45,679 bases of DNA from a bacterium UBP10_UBA1149 (lineage in GTDB: Bacteria > Desulfobacterota > Binatia > UBA1149): the NCBI GenBank assembly GCA_002311335.1, contig DBZX01000055.1:1-45679 (forward strand), read 5' to 3'. Shown here piece by piece: positions 16,021-24,600 of this stretch. The position numbers and the translations under genes are program-made. The notes below the pieces were generated by a model. It made no database searches, had not been told where the DNA came from, and saw only the letters and a list, made by a program, of their open reading frames with translations. Every line of letters begins with the position of its first letter. Position 1 is the stretch's first letter.

Positions 16021-19000
16021 ATGACAATCAGCAATAGAGTTTTGACGATGACCCTGGCCGCACTGGCTGTTTCGGCCTGGATGACACTGGTCCCGGCAAG
16101 CTCCCAGGCACAGGGCAAGGCGGAGCTTCACTGCCAGAAAGGGCTGGGCCGTTCCACCGCGCGCTACTACAGCGGGGCTTCGCGGGCCAGGCAGGCCTGC
16201 GTAGCGCGCATAGCAGCCGGCTCGCTCTCGCCGGTGACCGACTGCATAAGTGGAGAAGGCGATGACGTCACGGCCCTGCAAGTGCGCAGGGCCAAGGCCC
16301 GGCTGGCCTCTCGCATATCGCGACAGTGCTTCGGCGTAGACCTTATTTCGCTTAACTTTCCCGGCACCTGCCCCTTTGATGGCGACAAGCCCTGGACCAA
16401 CATCGACCTGGGCAATTGCATCGACGCCAAGCTCGACGCCGTCGTCGAGTCGACCCTGGCTGTGCAGTTTCCACAGATCGGTGCCGCCCTGGAAGGAGCC
16501 GATCTACAGTGTGTTCAGAAGGCGGGCCGCAAGGGCTCAGCCATGGCGGCGCGTACCCTGAAGGCGAGAACCCGTTGCCAGTCACGTCTGGACAGGGGGA
16601 TCATCCCCGCTGGCGTGGAGTGCATGGCGGGTATTCCTCCCTACGGCAACGGCACAGGTGACAGGACTACCGACAACAACATTGAAGCAGCCTACATAAG
16701 GTTGCTGGCCGGTGTGCCCGAAGTGTGTGCGTCGGCCGACGTCGATGCGCTGGGCTTCTCCGCTGCCTGCGACGATCCTACCGGCGGGCGGTTCAATATT
16801 TTTGATCTCAAGTCGTGCCAGTTCAACACTCATCGGGACGCGGTAGAGGACCTGCTCGAAGCTTCTTATCCCAACGCACCCGTCTGCGGCAACGACATCC
16901 ACGAGTACGGCGAGGACTGCGATGACGGCAACCTGGTCAATACCGACGCTTGCCTGGATACCTGCGTGGAGGCTTCCTGTGGCGACGGCGAGGTAGAGGC
17001 CGGTGTCGAGGAGTGCGATGACAGCAACTCGATCGACACCGACAGCTGCCGTAACTCTTGCGTGCTGGCGCGCTGCGGAGACTCGGTGGTGCAGTCCGGG
17101 GTCGAGCAGTGCGACGACGGCAATGTCTCGAACAACGACGACTGCCTCGATACCTGCCTGTCGGCGCGATGCGGCGACGGTTTTTTCTGGGCAGGAGTGG
17201 AAGACTGCGACGACGGTGGCGAATCGATCGTCTGTGACTCCGATTGCACGGTGGCGCTGTGCGGTGACGGCACCATAAACTCGACCCGGGGTGAGACCTG
17301 CGACAACGGTGCGGCCAACTCAGACACCTTTCCCAACGCTTGTCGGAGTAACTGTCAGCCGGCCGCTTGCGGCGACGCGGTGATCGATACCGGCGAGCTC
17401 TGCGATGACGGCAACGTCGTCAATGGCGACGGCTGCTCGGACTTGTGTGCTTTTGAGGCGATCTGCGGCGACGGCGTGACGGAGTTCGAAGAAGAATGTG
17501 ACGACAGTAACGTGGCCAACGGCGACGGTTGCAGCGATGCTTGCCTGCTCGAGTTCTGCGGCGACGGCTTGGTCAACAACTCTGGTAGCGAGCAGTGCGA
17601 CGACGGTAATTCCAGCAGCGGCGACGGCTGCTCTGCCAGCTGCGTGGTCGAGTTCTGTGGCGACGGTTCGGTCAACAACTCTGGCAGCGAGCAGTGCGAC
17701 GACGGTAATCTTTCCGTGGGCGACGGCTGCGACGAGAACTGTGTTGTCGAGGTCTGCGGCAACGGAGTGTTGCAGGCAGGAGAAGCCTGCGACGACGGTG
17801 GAGAGTCGGCTGCCTGCGATATCGACTGTACGGTGGCCGAGTGCGGCGACGATACGCTCAATACGTCTGCGGGTGAGCAGTGCGATGACGGCGCGGCCAA
17901 CTCTGACGTCCAGGTCGACGCCTGCCGTACAGACTGCGTGCTGGCGGGTTGCGGTGACCTGGTCGTCGACAGCGGCGAACAGTGTGATGACGGTGCGGCC
18001 AACTCCGATACCCGGGCAGACGCCTGCCGACTTTCCTGCGAGCTGCCCGGCTGCGGTGACCAGGTCACCGACACGGGCGAGGTGTGTGACGACGGTGGTG
18101 AATCTGCGGCCTGCGACGATGACTGCACGGTGGCCGAGTGCGGTGACTCGACCATCAACGTTTCTGCGGGCGAAGACTGCGACGACGGCAACACCAATCC
18201 CAGGGATAACTGTAACGGCGAATGCCAGCAGGCCACCTGCGGCGACGGTGTGGCCTGTACCGAGCCCGGTTGTACCACCGGCCCGGGGGGTGGCCTGGAA
18301 GAATGTGACCTCGACACGGATTGCTGCCAGGGCTGCGCTATCGTAGCCACCGGCTGTCAGCACCCGCTGTGCCCCGACGCCGGCAAATTACAGGTGTGGG
18401 CGGGCGTGGGCCGCGATTGTACGGTGGACGAAGACTGCCCGGCCGGTCTTTGTGACGGCGGGCTCGGGCGCTGCCGGACGGGGACGATGCTCGATACCGG
18501 CACAACCGGTATTGCCCATGACTCAGACGTCAACGACAACACCACCGCCCGCGGCAGCGTGCTGTGCGAGGGCCCCATTGACATGCTTCTCGCCGATACC
18601 GGCGGCTGCGGTGAGTGCGAACTTGCCGGTCTCGACCCGGTGACGGGCAGCTGCCGTTGCGCGAATGACCGGCGGCAGATCTGCGACAGCCCCTTCCAGC
18701 CGGACGCGGACTGCGGCGTTGACACGAATGGTGACCCTAACACCTGCCAGTGCTTTCTCGCGCCGCCGTTTCCCCTGTCTTCGGGCGGAATCGCGGTCTG
18801 CGTGCTCAGTCGTTTTACCCAGGATCTCGTGGGCACGGCCAACGTGGATACCGGCGAGTTGAAGACCGATGCCAGCCTGCGCGTAGAGGTTTACCTCGGG
18901 CTTGACCAGTTCAACCCTTGCCCGACCTGTGACGGTGATACCGTGTATGCCGATGGCGTGCGCGATGGCGTATGCAGCTTCGGTAACAACCTGGGACAAT

Positions 19001-19809
19001 CCTGCGACGCCACGGCTATAAACCACACCTTTCCTTTCGTGAGGCGTAGTTGCAGCGTTTCGGGTGGTGCCTGCGAGAAGAACACCGACTGCCCGGCAGG
19101 CGAGAGTTGCGATAGCAGCATTGCCGACGTGCCTGGCGGCGAGTACAGCCTCGATTGCTTGCCGGCGACCGGTAAGAACGTATCGGGACAGGGATTGCCG
19201 ATTGCGTTCACCCTGACCGCCGGCACGCAGGTGCTCGAGGCAGGGGTCAACTGCCCGTTCCCCTTCACCGCGAGTCAGTGTCACTGCCTGGTGTGCAACG
19301 GAGACACCTCGGTGCCCTGTTCCTCGAACGAAGAGTGCGCTTCCCTTGGCGCCGGCTCTTGTTCGGTGACCGGAAGCGGGGTGATGAATGGTCCCAACCC
19401 CTGCATTTCGTTCGGTAAGGTCTGCACGGCAACCGAGAACAACGAGGCCGAGTGCCCGGGCGTGGTCGAGACCTACTGCGACGGTTTCGTGCGCGCAACG
19501 GGGGAGGGCTACATCACCTGTGCTTCGGACGCCGACTGCGGCTTCGGCTTGTTGAGCGCGGGCAACTGCACGCTGAGCAAAACCCGCGAGTGTTTCATGG
19601 ACAGCGTACAGGCCGATGGCCTGGCGGTAGCCGGGGCCCCGCTATTGGCGTCGGTGTTCTGCGTTGCGCCTGTTTCGTCAGCGGGAGTGAACGCAGCAGC
19701 CGGTCTGCCGGGACCCGGGCGCGTGTTGCAGCAGATCACGTCGACCCTGTTCTGCGCCAACGATCATTCAAGGGTTTACACGCCGGGAGATCCCTCGAGC
19801 TGCGAGTAG
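16021..19809 (+). CDS. very large secreted cysteine-rich repeat protein (Myxococcus-type CGDG...CDDGN repeats)
   Basis: Start moved to ATG 16021 (GGAAGGA upstream), giving MTISNRVLTMTLAALAVSAWMTLVPASSQAQG (signal peptide). An N-terminal module of about 280 aa is helical-looking with spaced Cys. About 14 tandem 30-40-aa units of consensus CGDG.v..geeCDDGN....DgC...C follow. The C-terminal region of about 500 aa is Cys-rich and unrecognised. Antisense ORFs here (16866..17336, 17320..18363, 17355..18350, 18523..19284) are shadows. Confidence 0.85.
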   Translation: MTISNRVLTMTLAALAVSAWMTLVPASSQAQGKAELHCQKGLGRSTARYYSGASRARQACVARIAAGSLSPVTDCISGEGDDVTALQVRRAKARLASRISRQCFGVDLISLNFPGTCPFDGDKPWTNIDLGNCIDAKLDAVVESTLAVQFPQIGAALEGADLQCVQKAGRKGSAMAARTLKARTRCQSRLDRGIIPAGVECMAGIPPYGNGTGDRTTDNNIEAAYIRLLAGVPEVCASADVDALGFSAACDDPTGGRFNIFDLKSCQFNTHRDAVEDLLEASYPNAPVCGNDIHEYGEDCDDGNLVNTDACLDTCVEASCGDGEVEAGVEECDDSNSIDTDSCRNSCVLARCGDSVVQSGVEQCDDGNVSNNDDCLDTCLSARCGDGFFWAGVEDCDDGGESIVCDSDCTVALCGDGTINSTRGETCDNGAANSDTFPNACRSNCQPAACGDAVIDTGELCDDGNVVNGDGCSDLCAFEAICGDGVTEFEEECDDSNVANGDGCSDACLLEFCGDGLVNNSGSEQCDDGNSSSGDGCSASCVVEFCGDGSVNNSGSEQCDDGNLSVGDGCDENCVVEVCGNGVLQAGEACDDGGESAACDIDCTVAECGDDTLNTSAGEQCDDGAANSDVQVDACRTDCVLAGCGDLVVDSGEQCDDGAANSDTRADACRLSCELPGCGDQVTDTGEVCDDGGESAACDDDCTVAECGDSTINVSAGEDCDDGNTNPRDNCNGECQQATCGDGVACTEPGCTTGPGGGLEECDLDTDCCQGCAIVATGCQHPLCPDAGKLQVWAGVGRDCTVDEDCPAGLCDGGLGRCRTGTMLDTGTTGIAHDSDVNDNTTARGSVLCEGPIDMLLADTGGCGECELAGLDPVTGSCRCANDRRQICDSPFQPDADCGVDTNGDPNTCQCFLAPPFPLSSGGIAVCVLSRFTQDLVGTANVDTGELKTDASLRVEVYLGLDQFNPCPTCDGDTVYADGVRDGVCSFGNNLGQSCDATAINHTFPFVRRSCSVSGGACEKNTDCPAGESCDSSIADVPGGEYSLDCLPATGKNVSGQGLPIAFTLTAGTQVLEAGVNCPFPFTASQCHCLVCNGDTSVPCSSNEECASLGAGSCSVTGSGVMNGPNPCISFGKVCTATENNEAECPGVVETYCDGFVRATGEGYITCASDADCGFGLLSAGNCTLSKTRECFMDSVQADGLAVAGAPLLASVFCVAPVSSAGVNAAAGLPGPGRVLQQITSTLFCANDHSRVYTPGDPSSCE
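16885..18240 (+). repeat. tandem array of coding cysteine-rich repeats (about 90-120 bp units), including a near-identical 99-bp pair at 17551-17649 and 17650-17748
   Basis: The periodic motif TGCGGCGACGG...GAGCAGTGCGACGACGG recurs throughout. By hand alignment, units 17551-17649 and 17650-17748 differ at 4 of their first 60 nt. Confidence 0.8.
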
Positions 19810-19860
19810 CAGCCGCGCGACCGGTCGCCGTCGCATCATCGCCGGCCGGGTAGCCGGGAT

Positions 19861-21582
19861 TCAGTGAAGCACCGGCGGTTCGGCGGTTGCAGGGCACTGG
19901 TCGACGGCCGGCAGGGTCACGACCATGCGGGTGCCGCCATTGTCGGGCAGCTCTGCCCTTATGTTGCCGCCGTGGTGCTCAACCACTTCGCGGCATATCG
20001 CCAGCCCCAGGCCCGTGCCCCTGGGCTTGTTGCCGTCTGTAGTCGCTTGAACCTGGTGAAACCGCTCGAATACCTGGTCCAGCTGGCTCTCGGGTATGCC
20101 GGGCCCGCTGTCGGTGATGGTCAGCAGCAAGGTGCTCTCACCGTTTACTGTTTCTGCCGTCGCTCCCATGACTACTGAGCCGCCAGCCGGTGTGAACTTC
20201 ATGGAGTTGCTGCACAGGTTGGTGAGCACCTGTATGAGGCGGTCACGGTCGCCATCGATGGCGGGCAGGGGACCGGTGGCGTCTATTGTAAGCGAGATGT
20301 TGCGCTCTTCGTACAGTGGCCGGAAGGTGGCGTATACGTGCGACAGGATACCCAGCGGGTCGGCGATGCGGTGGCTGCGCCACTCTACGCGGCCCGATTC
20401 GATCTTGGCAAGGTCCAGGAGGTCGTTGATCAGGCGGGAAAGTCGGCTCGACTCCTCCATGATGACACCGCTGAAGCGCTCTGCGCTTTCGGGCTTCGTG
20501 TCGCCGTAGCGGTTGATGATTCGCGCGGCCGACAAGATGGCCGCGACCGGGCTGCGCAGCTCGTGTGATACGTTGCTGAGAAACTCTGTCTTCAGCCTGT
20601 CGTACTCGGTAAGTCTTTCGTTGGAGGCCTCGAGTTCCGCCGTGCGTTCGCGTACCCGTCTTTCCAAGAGGCGGGAGTGTTCTTCTACCTGGGCCCGCAG
20701 GCGTTTTTCTTCGCGGTACGCGGTGTCTGCTTGCTGCCGGGCAACGACGAGCTCGCTTATGTGTCCCTTGAGAGCGAGGCGCATATTCTCGAACTGTAGC
20801 GCCAGTTTACCGATCTCGTCTGGAGAGTCGGTCATGCGAATTTCCTGCTCGAGGTCGCCCCTCGATATCGCCGAGGCTTCCCGCGCGAGCTTGCTCACCG
20901 GCTTGAGCAGCCTGCGACTGAGAGCCGTCGAAGCAGTCAATCCCAGTCCGGCTATGGCTAAAGCAAACATGAATCCCAACGTCATCGTGCGGGCCAGTAG
21001 CACGCGACCGCGGTGCTTGGTCGCGAGCGCTTGCTGGTTTATGTCGGCCGGGTCGAAGGCCAGTCGCAGGGTACCCCAACGCTCTCCTCCTACGTTGATA
21101 GCGTGGGAGAGTACTACGAGATCAGAAGCCTGGTCTTGCGTGGTGGCAGGGTCGGCGATATTGGACCGGGCCGTGTTGTCGGCCAGGTCGGGGTCACTGC
21201 GCACCACCACGGTGCCGTCTTCGCGGGCCACCAGTGCCCAAGCCAACTGGTTGTCTTCGGTGGCCAGGCCACGGACGGTTTCGGCTACGAAATTGAAATT
21301 GAAACCAGCGATGGCATTTTCCATGCTCCGCGTGGTGCTGGCGGCAAGCAGCTGGCCGCGCTCTACCATGCCTTGTCGTAGTTGCAGGGTGGCACGTTCA
21401 ACCTGGTCGTTGAGTATGTGGGCCTGCTGCCAGGTGAGGACCGACGAAACCGCGGCCACGCTGCCCACGATAGTAAAGGCCGCGGCCAGGACCATTTTTC
21501 CATGAAGACCGAGTCGGGCCCACGGACGGGGTGACCGGTTTGCTGGGTCGAAGTCTTTCAATTTAAAACTCCCTGCTCGCAC
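19861..21582 (-). CDS. sensor histidine kinase (2 TM, periplasmic domain, HAMP, coiled coil, HisKA, HATPase_c); no receiver domain
   Basis: TM1 is VLAAAFTIVGSVAAVSSVL and TM2 is TLGFMFALAIAGLGLTA. HAMP region: LLKPVSKLAREASAISRGDLEQEI...DEIGKL. H-box: FLSNVSHELRSP. N/G boxes: NLCSNSMKFTP and GTGLGLAICREVV. The start is ambiguous. GTG 21582 overlaps the receptor gene by 20 nt. TTG 21561 follows GGGAG by 8 nt and sits 1 nt after the receptor stop. Confidence 0.85.
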   Translation of the reverse strand: MRAGSFKLKDFDPANRSPRPWARLGLHGKMVLAAAFTIVGSVAAVSSVLTWQQAHILNDQVERATLQLRQGMVERGQLLAASTTRSMENAIAGFNFNFVAETVRGLATEDNQLAWALVAREDGTVVVRSDPDLADNTARSNIADPATTQDQASDLVVLSHAINVGGERWGTLRLAFDPADINQQALATKHRGRVLLARTMTLGFMFALAIAGLGLTASTALSRRLLKPVSKLAREASAISRGDLEQEIRMTDSPDEIGKLALQFENMRLALKGHISELVVARQQADTAYREEKRLRAQVEEHSRLLERRVRERTAELEASNERLTEYDRLKTEFLSNVSHELRSPVAAILSAARIINRYGDTKPESAERFSGVIMEESSRLSRLINDLLDLAKIESGRVEWRSHRIADPLGILSHVYATFRPLYEERNISLTIDATGPLPAIDGDRDRLIQVLTNLCSNSMKFTPAGGSVVMGATAETVNGESTLLLTITDSGPGIPESQLDQVFERFHQVQATTDGNKPRGTGLGLAICREVVEHHGGNIRAELPDNGGTRMVVTLPAVDQCPATAEPPVLH

Positions 21583-23629
21583 GCAGGTAGAACGCCCGCG
21601 TTATTGGCGTGGCCGGCCTGACCGCGTCCTCGACGAATTCCAGGTGGCTGCGATCGGCGAGGTTGGTAGCGACAAGGCTGAGATCGGGCCAGTCGCCGCC
21701 GGGTTTGTAGTGAACGGCCAGGTCTACTCTCAGGTAGGGGTCCAACCGGACCGGGCTCCCGGGGCTGACCAGCGAGGCGTTGACCACCGAGTCACTCCAG
21801 CTGAAAGTGGGGACTATCCTCAACTTCCGGTTGACGTTGATGACGTGGCGCATATTCCATCGCATGCGTGGTACCGACAGGTTGGTGCGCGGAAGTAAGC
21901 CGAGAAGATCTCCGGTGCTGCGCAGGTGAAGATAGCCGACGTTGAATTCGCTGCGCCAGCGTTCATTGATCTGCACCGTGGCTACTCCCTCGCCGCCGTA
22001 AGCGAAACCGTTTTCATCGTTGTCCAGTAGGGTAACGGCGATAAGTTTCGTCGGGTCCAGGGGATCGGGAACCACGGGCAGAGTCTTCGAACCGGTCCAA
22101 CCGGCCAGGCCTTGGTAGTCGTTGTAGAAAGCGGCAATGTCGAGCGCCAGGCGATCGCCGAAGCGGTGACGGTAGCCCGTTTCCAGTGAAACCATACGGG
22201 TATCACCCGCATTCCCGTCGGTGCTCAGGATCGGGAAGATGTCGACCCCGGGAATGCCAGAGGGAACGGGAAACAGTGGAATCGTTGAGTACATCTCGCT
22301 GTAGGAAGGGGTGTTGATCGCCCGCGAGGCGGCGGCCCACAAGGTGCGGTCGTCGTCCAGGCGGTGAACGATGCGGGCGGACGGTTGAAAGTTGGTTCCG
22401 GTGAAACCGTTGTTTTCGATCTTGGTGCCCAGGGTCAGGCGTGTACGCGACCCCAGGTCTATCTCGTCCTGTACGAATCCGCCCACGAGGTTGAGCCTGC
22501 GGTCATTGACGGAGAAAACCACCAGCCCGTCGACGGTGTGAACGTCATGGGCCCTGACGTTGGCTCCCCAGGTTGCCCGGTGAGCGGGATGCGGTCTGAA
22601 ACTGTGTTGCACCTCCATCTCAAGGGTGTCTTTTTCGGTTTCGAAACAGCCCATGAAGGGGACCTTGCGGTCAACCGTGTCTCCGGCGAGTTGGAAGTAG
22701 GCAGCCGAACCATCTGCGAAATCCTTTTCCAGCCTGAACACCGACGACAGCATGGTGCTGGAGTAGCGGGGGTAACGACCGGCGGGCGAGCCGTCGTCGT
22801 TTCGGGCAATGTTGCCTACAAAACCGTCATGGAACTCGCCACTGCCGACTAGCTGCAGTCCGTGTCCGAGATCCCAGTCGAGCCGGTATCCAGCCCGTGT
22901 ATCCTGGTGTTCATCGGCGAGATCTCTGCCGTTGTTACCACCGTTGCCGTTGCCGGTTGACCAGCTGCCGAACACGCGGTAGGAAAGATTTCCGTATCGT
23001 CCCCCGTGCCGTGCTTCCGTCGTCGCGGCAGAGTTGGTACCGAACGACACCCTGGCTAGGTTGACCCGCGTGTCGTTGGAGTCGCGGGTAATTATGTTGA
23101 TGACGCCGTTGACCGCGTTGGCTCCGTACAGGCTGCCACCTGGGCCACGTATTACTTCTATGCGGTCAACATCGGGCAGGAAAGTGTTCCACTCGTGCCA
23201 CACTGTTCCCCCGAAAATAGGAGTGTAGAATGGGCGGCCATCGAGAAGCACGAGAAGCTTGTTGGCAAATACCCCGTTGAACCCCCTCGCTGAGATGGCT
23301 GCAAAATTGGCATCAACGTTGGCCACGTTGAGTCCGGGCACGAGGCGCAGGGCATCGGCCAGGCTGGTAGCGCCGGAATCGGCGATGTCCTCGGAACTGA
23401 CAACGTAGATCGCCGCCGCGGCTCCCCACAAGGACTCGGCGTGCCGTGAGACCGAGGTGACGATGTCGGACTCGACCTTGAAAAAATCCAGCTCCGAAAC
23501 TGCGTCGAAACCCACGCTGGCTTGCGGTGACTGGGCAGCGCTTGCCGGTGAGCTTACAATCGCGCAGAACGATAGAACGAGGAAAGCCAGGCGCCACAGC
23601 GCCAGCGGTGTGAATATACTGTTGAGCAT
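21563..23629 (-). CDS. TonB-dependent outer-membrane receptor
   Basis: Signal peptide MLNSIFTPLALWRLAFLVLSFCAIVSSPASA. Plug motifs: DIADSGATSLADALRLVPGLNV, RGFNG, LLVLLDGRPFY, IEVIRGPGGSLYGANAVNGVINIIT. A long beta-barrel follows, ending ...FYLRASREF (terminal Phe). Confidence 0.9.
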   Translation of the reverse strand: MLNSIFTPLALWRLAFLVLSFCAIVSSPASAAQSPQASVGFDAVSELDFFKVESDIVTSVSRHAESLWGAAAAIYVVSSEDIADSGATSLADALRLVPGLNVANVDANFAAISARGFNGVFANKLLVLLDGRPFYTPIFGGTVWHEWNTFLPDVDRIEVIRGPGGSLYGANAVNGVINIITRDSNDTRVNLARVSFGTNSAATTEARHGGRYGNLSYRVFGSWSTGNGNGGNNGRDLADEHQDTRAGYRLDWDLGHGLQLVGSGEFHDGFVGNIARNDDGSPAGRYPRYSSTMLSSVFRLEKDFADGSAAYFQLAGDTVDRKVPFMGCFETEKDTLEMEVQHSFRPHPAHRATWGANVRAHDVHTVDGLVVFSVNDRRLNLVGGFVQDEIDLGSRTRLTLGTKIENNGFTGTNFQPSARIVHRLDDDRTLWAAASRAINTPSYSEMYSTIPLFPVPSGIPGVDIFPILSTDGNAGDTRMVSLETGYRHRFGDRLALDIAAFYNDYQGLAGWTGSKTLPVVPDPLDPTKLIAVTLLDNDENGFAYGGEGVATVQINERWRSEFNVGYLHLRSTGDLLGLLPRTNLSVPRMRWNMRHVINVNRKLRIVPTFSWSDSVVNASLVSPGSPVRLDPYLRVDLAVHYKPGGDWPDLSLVATNLADRSHLEFVEDAVRPATPITRAFYLRASREF

Positions 23630-23631
23630 GA

Positions 23632-24600
23632 TCAGAAACCCTCCCTTGTGGGTGTGATGACGCGATCGGCCATGTGGATGGTTGTCGCGTTCAGATCGAG
23701 TCCGAGTGCCTTCGCTGTATCGGCGTTGACGACGAGCTTGGCCCCGAGGGGCGATTGTACGGGCGGCACGTTGCCCGGGTCTGTTATGAGCTGTTCCACG
23801 AGCAAGGCTGCCTGCGAACCCATGGTCGAGTAGCTTGGCGCTACCGAGAGCAGGGCACCCGCCTTCACGAAGTTCTCTGAAAAGGCGAGGAAAGCTACCC
23901 CGTCGTTGCGGCAGCGCGTGGACAGGTAGTCAAAGTTCTCTCGCGTGACTACGACCGGATCCGGGACCATCCAGAGCGCGTCTATCCTGCTGCGTATACG
24001 CCGGTAGGCTCCTGCCACCTCGTCGTGGTGGCGCACGGTCTCGTGCAGTATCTCCAAGCCGAGTTCGGAGGCGGCCGCGCGCGCTTCGTCCACGGTGCGG
24101 CTGTCGGAGTCGCTCGTGATGAGGCCTATACGGTGCAGTCCCGGGATGATGAGCTTGAACCTGACAAAGAGGTCGGCGGTGGGCAGCTCGACGCTTACCC
24201 CCGTGGTGGCGCCATCGGTGCTTATGTTGCGGCTCCATCCGAGCGCCATGGCAAACACGAGCGGGGTCTCGGGAAACGCCTCGCGCGCCGCTATGGCTGC
24301 GCGCGAGCCAAGGGCAAATACGGCCGACGGTCGCGTGGTGCTTGCGGCCTGCTTGAGAAATTCGGAGTCGCCTTGGTCTAACCTGCTGCGCAGGACGACC
24401 TCTATCGACTCGCGCTTGCTGGCCTGGCGGAAGGCCGTTGCGGGAGGCGTGTATTGTGGCAGATCATCGCTCTTCACTATTATCACCCCGGCCACGGCCG
24501 TACCGACGGTAAACGCCATCGATGCTGCCATGAGCAGGGCTGTCGTCGCAGCCAGCAGGGCGAGGCGTTGGCCTCGCTTATTCCAGTTGGAACGAATCAT
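23632..24600 (-). CDS. periplasmic substrate-binding protein, ABC_sub_bind family (PF04392-like)
   Basis: Signal or anchor segment LALLAATTALLMAASMAFTVGTAVA. Motifs TPLVFAM, TTGVSVELP, HRIGLITSDSDS, DALWMVPDP and ENFVKAGALLSVAPSYSTMGSQAALLVEQL..LVVNADTAKALGL fit the family. Its ATG overlaps the upstream stop (ATGA at 24597-24600), and its stop is 2 nt from the receptor start. Confidence 0.8.
   Translation of the reverse strand: MIRSNWNKRGQRLALLAATTALLMAASMAFTVGTAVAGVIIVKSDDLPQYTPPATAFRQASKRESIEVVLRSRLDQGDSEFLKQAASTTRPSAVFALGSRAAIAAREAFPETPLVFAMALGWSRNISTDGATTGVSVELPTADLFVRFKLIIPGLHRIGLITSDSDSRTVDEARAAASELGLEILHETVRHHDEVAGAYRRIRSRIDALWMVPDPVVVTRENFDYLSTRCRNDGVAFLAFSENFVKAGALLSVAPSYSTMGSQAALLVEQLITDPGNVPPVQSPLGAKLVVNADTAKALGLDLNATTIHMADRVITPTREGF

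Noticed and set aside
16866-19284. Several long minus-strand and off-frame ORFs (16866..17336, 17320..18363, 17355..18350, 17498..18346, 18523..19284)
   Set aside because: All overlap the cysteine-repeat gene. The periodic TGCGACGACGG repeats keep alternative frames open. The translated products are low-complexity (Ser/Pro/Ala/Thr or Val/Ala/Gly runs).
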